Below, piece after piece: positions 59,876 to 64,000 of a DNA stretch of 64,000 nt. How positions within the stretch are numbered: position 1 is the stretch's first letter; each line of letters begins with the position of its first letter. Both the position numbers and the translations under genes were made by a program. A model generated the notes under the pieces. That model did no database searches, was not told the origin of the DNA, and saw only the letters and a list, made by a program, of their open reading frames with translations. Source of the stretch: Candidatus Omnitrophota bacterium (lineage in GTDB: Bacteria > Omnitrophota > Omnitrophia > Omnitrophales > Aquincolibacteriaceae); the NCBI GenBank assembly GCA_043821445.1, contig JBDRCT010000010.1:566-64565 (forward strand). Reading direction: 5' to 3'.

Positions 59876-62800
59876 TTAGGCGGCGACGGCGACTTGCTGA
59901 CGGGCCACGATTTCGTCGATGAGGCGAGAAATAAGCGTGTTCGAGAGACAGGCCTCCATGGAGAAGAAGCGACCCTGCACGGCATCGGGCACCGCTTTCA
60001 TCATCGTCACGAACTCGCTCTTTCCTAGCCATGCCGCGATCTGACCTGTCCAGAAGAACTTCGGAGCATTCGTTCCGACATCCGCCTCGTTGTAGATAAA
60101 GACCGAGAACCCAGCTTTCACCAGTTCGTCAAGCACGCCTGAGAGCCGCTCGCCATCCTCGCGAAGCGCAGCATCGGACACCAGGATGGATCCGTGTTGT
60201 TTATTTGGGAAACGCAAAGCTTGAGATCTGAGGTCTTCCGGTGTCCCGGCATGCTTGAGCCCGCCAATGGCTCCAAAAGCCTTCGCATCCTTATAAATGA
60301 TAACTTCCGACTGGACCCGGTTCAGCAGAGTCTCGATCCCGCTGGCATCGACTGTGGCCATAATAATATTTTCCACAAGCTGGATCACATCGCGGCTTAC
60401 GGTCGGATTCGACTGCCGTCCTTCCTGAATGATTGCCAGGAGTGCGCGGATCTTTTCTTTTACAATACCCTCTTCCATCACCTCGACCGTCACAAGATAA
60501 GCCTGCATTTCGGCATCAAGACGGCGGGCTTCCTCCAGCATCTCCGCCGGCTGGAGGGTATGTACCACCTCATGGATCAGGATATCTTTCAATTCCTGGA
60601 CGGAGGACCGGTCAACGACTTCCTGGTTCAGAACGATCTCTTGTCTTCCCTCTGCTGTTTTTCTGGCAAATGCACTGCGGTTTCCAAGCAATTGCTTGTC
60701 GCGCTCTGTCGTGGCGACCCTCATCAGCACTCCTGTCTGAGGATCAAGACCCCTCATGAGCCCCGCGCGATCTAGCCCGTACAACTGCATATCCGTCAAT
60801 TGACTCACGATCCCCTGCGCCACCGTTCTCGCTTCAGCCATCTTTACATCATACCCCGGAACAACAGGCGTTGCCGTCACCGGCGCCACCAATGCCATTT
60901 CCAATCGCAATTCCGAGCGCTGGGCGGCGGGTTGTGCTGGACGAGCGCTGAATGCGGCATCACGGATCCGCTGCCAGAAAAGTCCCAGGATCGGCACGTT
61001 ATGCTCCACGAATTGCGCGAGGTCCTCTATTGAGATCTCATCTTTTCCTTTGTTTATCGGTGTAAGAGGTATGTGCGGAACATTCCTGATCCGAATGATT
61101 TGCATAGTTTTGTCCGGATCGTTCAGGTCAGAAACGCTGGCATAAACAGCATGCCGACCGCCAAATTGGTCACTTTCCACCAACAGCTGGGTTTGGGCAT
61201 CTTCATAGATCACGGCCGTTGGATTAATCGGCGGGTATCCCAAAGCGGCAGCCAACTTCATTACCGCATCGAGGATAAATTTATCCCCCAAGTCACCCGA
61301 CGCGAGCTGCTCCGGTGTCAGCCTTTCAATAAGAAGACCGGTAAACCACTTGAGCGCGCCTTCCTCATTTCCCGCATCACCACCCTCATTCAACTTGATC
61401 TTGCCGCTCAACGCTTGAGAAATCCGTTGATGCACATCTGCCATCAGTTTTGCAGCAGGAGAGTCTTCGGGGGTGACAGCCGCATCCTTCATCTCCCGTT
61501 GCATTTCGGCTTTCTTCGAATAGGCTTCCAAAAGAATCGATAGACTCGTGACCCAAGAGCGCATAAACCGGACGGCGGCCTCCTGGATCACAATTGGATC
61601 TTTAGACTTCGTGACCTCAAGAAGTTCCTTCAGCTCTTCTTCGGTTAGCACTTTCTCAGCACTTCCCGCTTTTTTCGGATCGAAATTTTCGTTGTATTTC
61701 GCGATGGCGATCTTATCCGCAAGGGCCTTATTGCCGGTGCGCACTGCTTCCAACCACTGGTAGAACCAGTTGAAAACGGGGGTCTGCGAAAAATAGGCGT
61801 CCTGTTTTCCAAAAACCGCGCGGTAGCTGTCGAGAAGTTCCGTGAGTTTCTTCGAGCGTGAAGCCGGGGTCAGAGCCTGTGTCTTTCCACCTGCCAGCGT
61901 CTCTTGCCCAGATTCCAGCTCTTGCTCCAGTTTGTCGATCTTCATCTTATTTTCGCTTCCGGCCGCAATACGCTGTTGCGGGGTCGTCGTATCCAAACTC
62001 ACAGCCTCATAGATCGCCATCTTGCGAACCAAAAGTTCAGACTCGTAAGCGCTCATGACTTTCAGCCCACGGAAAACAGTTTCGCGCTCAGTCCGTGGCA
62101 GCATTTTGACAAAGAGAGAGGAAAATTCTTCCGCAAAATAGTCGCGATAAGCCTGACCTTGCGCATCCGAGCCATCCTTCTTGATCCACGTCTTACCTTT
62201 TTTTAAGTCTGCCATCTCACGATCAATTCTCTTGGCATCTTCAGAACCATCACTTACCGTTTTTCTCTCCTTCTGTAATTTTTGAATGCGATGTTCGAAA
62301 TAAGGCAGCGCGAAATTGTTCAAATCACTCTCCATGGTTTCATGGTTGATATAAATGAAGATGTTAGCGTTCACTTCGGCCTCGCTATATCCCAGGGATT
62401 CCATCAAATTTACCTTCTCGACGAGCTGAGCCAAACTGAACTTCATTTTCGTGCCCGACATCATGGCCATTGTGTCCATGTCGGGGGCGATCTCAATGCG
62501 TTCAATCAACTTTTCTTGCGCTTCAATACCTGCCCGCATGCGTCCCTGCTCTTCAGGCGTCAGGACAGAAGCCTTTGTATCGAGCAGTCGTTTCGCTTTT
62601 GCGATGTTGTCTCTCATGATCTGCTTAATCCTCTTGGTGTCGACCACGGAGATCCCTTCGATCTTGTCGATGAATGCGTTCTTGAGCGCCGTGAGCTTGA
62701 GCGCATACACATAGCCATGAGCCCTGTTCTCCTGTTCCAGGGCTACCAGGAAGGGCTTTGCGCCTTCCGTATTCCCCGCTTTCAAAAGCGCGGTAGCCTC

Positions 62801-63973
62801 ATCAAAATTCTGCCGGAAAATCGAGAGCGGAAGCTGCTCCCCCGTAAAACCAATGTGGGCAGCAAAAACATCGCGCATTTCCGGCGAAAGCCACTCGAGC
62901 TCTTCTGCCATATTCCGGAACTGTTCAGCAGAGAGCATTTGCCCCGGATTGTTCGCCTGAAACTTTGCGACCCACAATTCGGCAAGAGCCAGATGCTTCA
63001 GTTCCTTCGTCAAAATATGACCGCCACGATTCAACGCCGCGGCAAGAAGCTTGTTGCTAATCGGGGACATTTCCGGATCGATCACGCGCAGGACCGCCCC
63101 CAGGGTTGCCATATCCCCGGCCGCATACCCGAATTTCGTCAAATTCTCCATGAGTTCCAGGATTGGAATGCCCTGCAGCCCCAGCTCGACTTTTTTGTCT
63201 TCCAGAAACCGCTGGAGTTTAAAGAATTTCAAGTCTTCTGCGTTCAATGTCGGGAGCGCGTCATCAAGCAAAGCCTGACGTTTTGTTAATATTCCTTCCA
63301 ACTCTTTCCGTTGTTCGACAAATTCCGCAGCGGGAGGACTCTTTTCCCCGCCCAGCGCCTTAATGAGTGCATCCAACTGGGCTTTTTGGAGTTTCAAGGC
63401 GGGGATAGTTCCCGGCTGAGCATCGATTAATTTCTGGAGACCAGATGGAACATCGCGCGGATGCAGGGCGATCATGCGGTCGATCGTTTTGAGAATTGCT
63501 TTGTCCCCTGTTTGTTCCTTGAACTGCAGGAGTTGTGCTTCCGCAACAGGTTCACGCAGAACAGGGTTTGCAACAAGCGCCAGCGCTCCTACTCCCGCAA
63601 GCACTTTTCCCGTGCCTGCAAGTAGGACGCCGACAGCACCAAGACCCGGTAGAAAAACAGCACAAACCACGCCGGTGACCAGTAAGCTCGCGGAAAGCCA
63701 TTTCGACTCCACGACTACCCGCAAAGCGGGACGCAACTTCGTATAGACCTTACCGATCAGAGAATCGGGGGCCTTAACTTCTTTGGCGGCAAGCCAACTG
63801 GCAGCCGTCTTCCGCCAGTGGCGGAACCCGAGTGATTCATTCCATGAATTTTTTGCAAGACGTTGATTTTCAGCAGCGGTTTGCGGCAAAAATTGAGCTG
63901 ATTGCTTGTCAAATGACTTGGCAAACTTGACGAACTGGGCAAAAGTAAGACGTTCGAGCTTATTCATGCCCAA
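59876..63973 (-). CDS. very large (>=1365 aa) membrane-anchored helical protein with a zincin-like HExxH motif (DUF4157-like) and a C-terminal alpha/beta domain of unknown function. The ORF may continue past the window edge.
   Basis: It is a single uninterrupted - strand ORF with a normal amino-acid composition. Two TM helices lie near residue 95-145. The zincin-like motif reads LIHEVVHTLQ...E..E. The antisense ORFs have aberrant composition. Confidence 0.8.
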   Translation of the reverse strand: MGMNKLERLTFAQFVKFAKSFDKQSAQFLPQTAAENQRLAKNSWNESLGFRHWRKTAASWLAAKEVKAPDSLIGKVYTKLRPALRVVVESKWLSASLLVTGVVCAVFLPGLGAVGVLLAGTGKVLAGVGALALVANPVLREPVAEAQLLQFKEQTGDKAILKTIDRMIALHPRDVPSGLQKLIDAQPGTIPALKLQKAQLDALIKALGGEKSPPAAEFVEQRKELEGILTKRQALLDDALPTLNAEDLKFFKLQRFLEDKKVELGLQGIPILELMENLTKFGYAAGDMATLGAVLRVIDPEMSPISNKLLAAALNRGGHILTKELKHLALAELWVAKFQANNPGQMLSAEQFRNMAEELEWLSPEMRDVFAAHIGFTGEQLPLSIFRQNFDEATALLKAGNTEGAKPFLVALEQENRAHGYVYALKLTALKNAFIDKIEGISVVDTKRIKQIMRDNIAKAKRLLDTKASVLTPEEQGRMRAGIEAQEKLIERIEIAPDMDTMAMMSGTKMKFSLAQLVEKVNLMESLGYSEAEVNANIFIYINHETMESDLNNFALPYFEHRIQKLQKERKTVSDGSEDAKRIDREMADLKKGKTWIKKDGSDAQGQAYRDYFAEEFSSLFVKMLPRTERETVFRGLKVMSAYESELLVRKMAIYEAVSLDTTTPQQRIAAGSENKMKIDKLEQELESGQETLAGGKTQALTPASRSKKLTELLDSYRAVFGKQDAYFSQTPVFNWFYQWLEAVRTGNKALADKIAIAKYNENFDPKKAGSAEKVLTEEELKELLEVTKSKDPIVIQEAAVRFMRSWVTSLSILLEAYSKKAEMQREMKDAAVTPEDSPAAKLMADVHQRISQALSGKIKLNEGGDAGNEEGALKWFTGLLIERLTPEQLASGDLGDKFILDAVMKLAAALGYPPINPTAVIYEDAQTQLLVESDQFGGRHAVYASVSDLNDPDKTMQIIRIRNVPHIPLTPINKGKDEISIEDLAQFVEHNVPILGLFWQRIRDAAFSARPAQPAAQRSELRLEMALVAPVTATPVVPGYDVKMAEARTVAQGIVSQLTDMQLYGLDRAGLMRGLDPQTGVLMRVATTERDKQLLGNRSAFARKTAEGRQEIVLNQEVVDRSSVQELKDILIHEVVHTLQPAEMLEEARRLDAEMQAYLVTVEVMEEGIVKEKIRALLAIIQEGRQSNPTVSRDVIQLVENIIMATVDASGIETLLNRVQSEVIIYKDAKAFGAIGGLKHAGTPEDLRSQALRFPNKQHGSILVSDAALREDGERLSGVLDELVKAGFSVFIYNEADVGTNAPKFFWTGQIAAWLGKSEFVTMMKAVPDAVQGRFFSMEACLSNTLISRLIDEIVARQQVAVAA

Positions 63974-64000
63974 GATACCGTCCTGCGCTAAAAGCGGTAT

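Noticed and set aside
62282-63289. 335 aa + strand ORF antisense to the large HExxH gene (and others at 60194..60775 and 61073..61543)
   Set aside because: Its composition is Arg/Cys/Phe/His-rich and aberrant. It lies wholly inside a long, compositionally normal - strand ORF, so it is a typical shadow ORF.

Overview
The window is a 64 kb bacterial chromosomal segment with no rRNA, tRNA, CRISPR array or transposase/integrase that I can see. Almost every gene lies on the + strand. Positions ~8.5-59 kb are a conserved housekeeping backbone with GC that looks ~55-60% by eye. In order it carries def-fmt, gap-pgk-tpiA-secG, recG, rsmD-coaD-yceD-rpmF-plsX-fabH-fabD-fabG-acpP-fabF, smc, pgsA-plsY, recA-recX-alaS, a contiguous hisDBHAFI-trpEGDCF super-operon that contains two non-his genes, a soluble histidine kinase with a sigma-54 activator, a PilZ gene (- strand), a YyaL-like thioredoxin-domain protein, a SAM methyltransferase, dnaK, a MoxR/DUF58/vWA aerotolerance-type operon and yqeY. 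Two parts look accessory. The first ~8 kb is visibly AT-richer and holds a tandem array of at least four paralogous membrane-anchored proteins, each an SGNH/GDSL hydrolase fold interrupted by a 7-8 unit TPR array, followed by a GT-C-like polytopic membrane protein. The last ~4 kb (- strand) encodes a protein of at least 1365 aa with N-terminal TM helices, a long helical body, a zincin-like HExxH motif and an unassigned C-terminal alpha/beta domain. Two genome-specific intergenic palindromic repeat families are present: a GGACGGCCCCAATTT...AAATTGGGGCCGTCC type, and a CCCCGTTAGAG...CTCTAACGGGG type that sits exactly on the stop codon of fabD and of hisD. The most novel candidate is the TPR-split SGNH paralog array with its adjacent GT-C protein. 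All coordinates were read by hand from the sequence and the ORF track, so gene starts may be off by a few codons.
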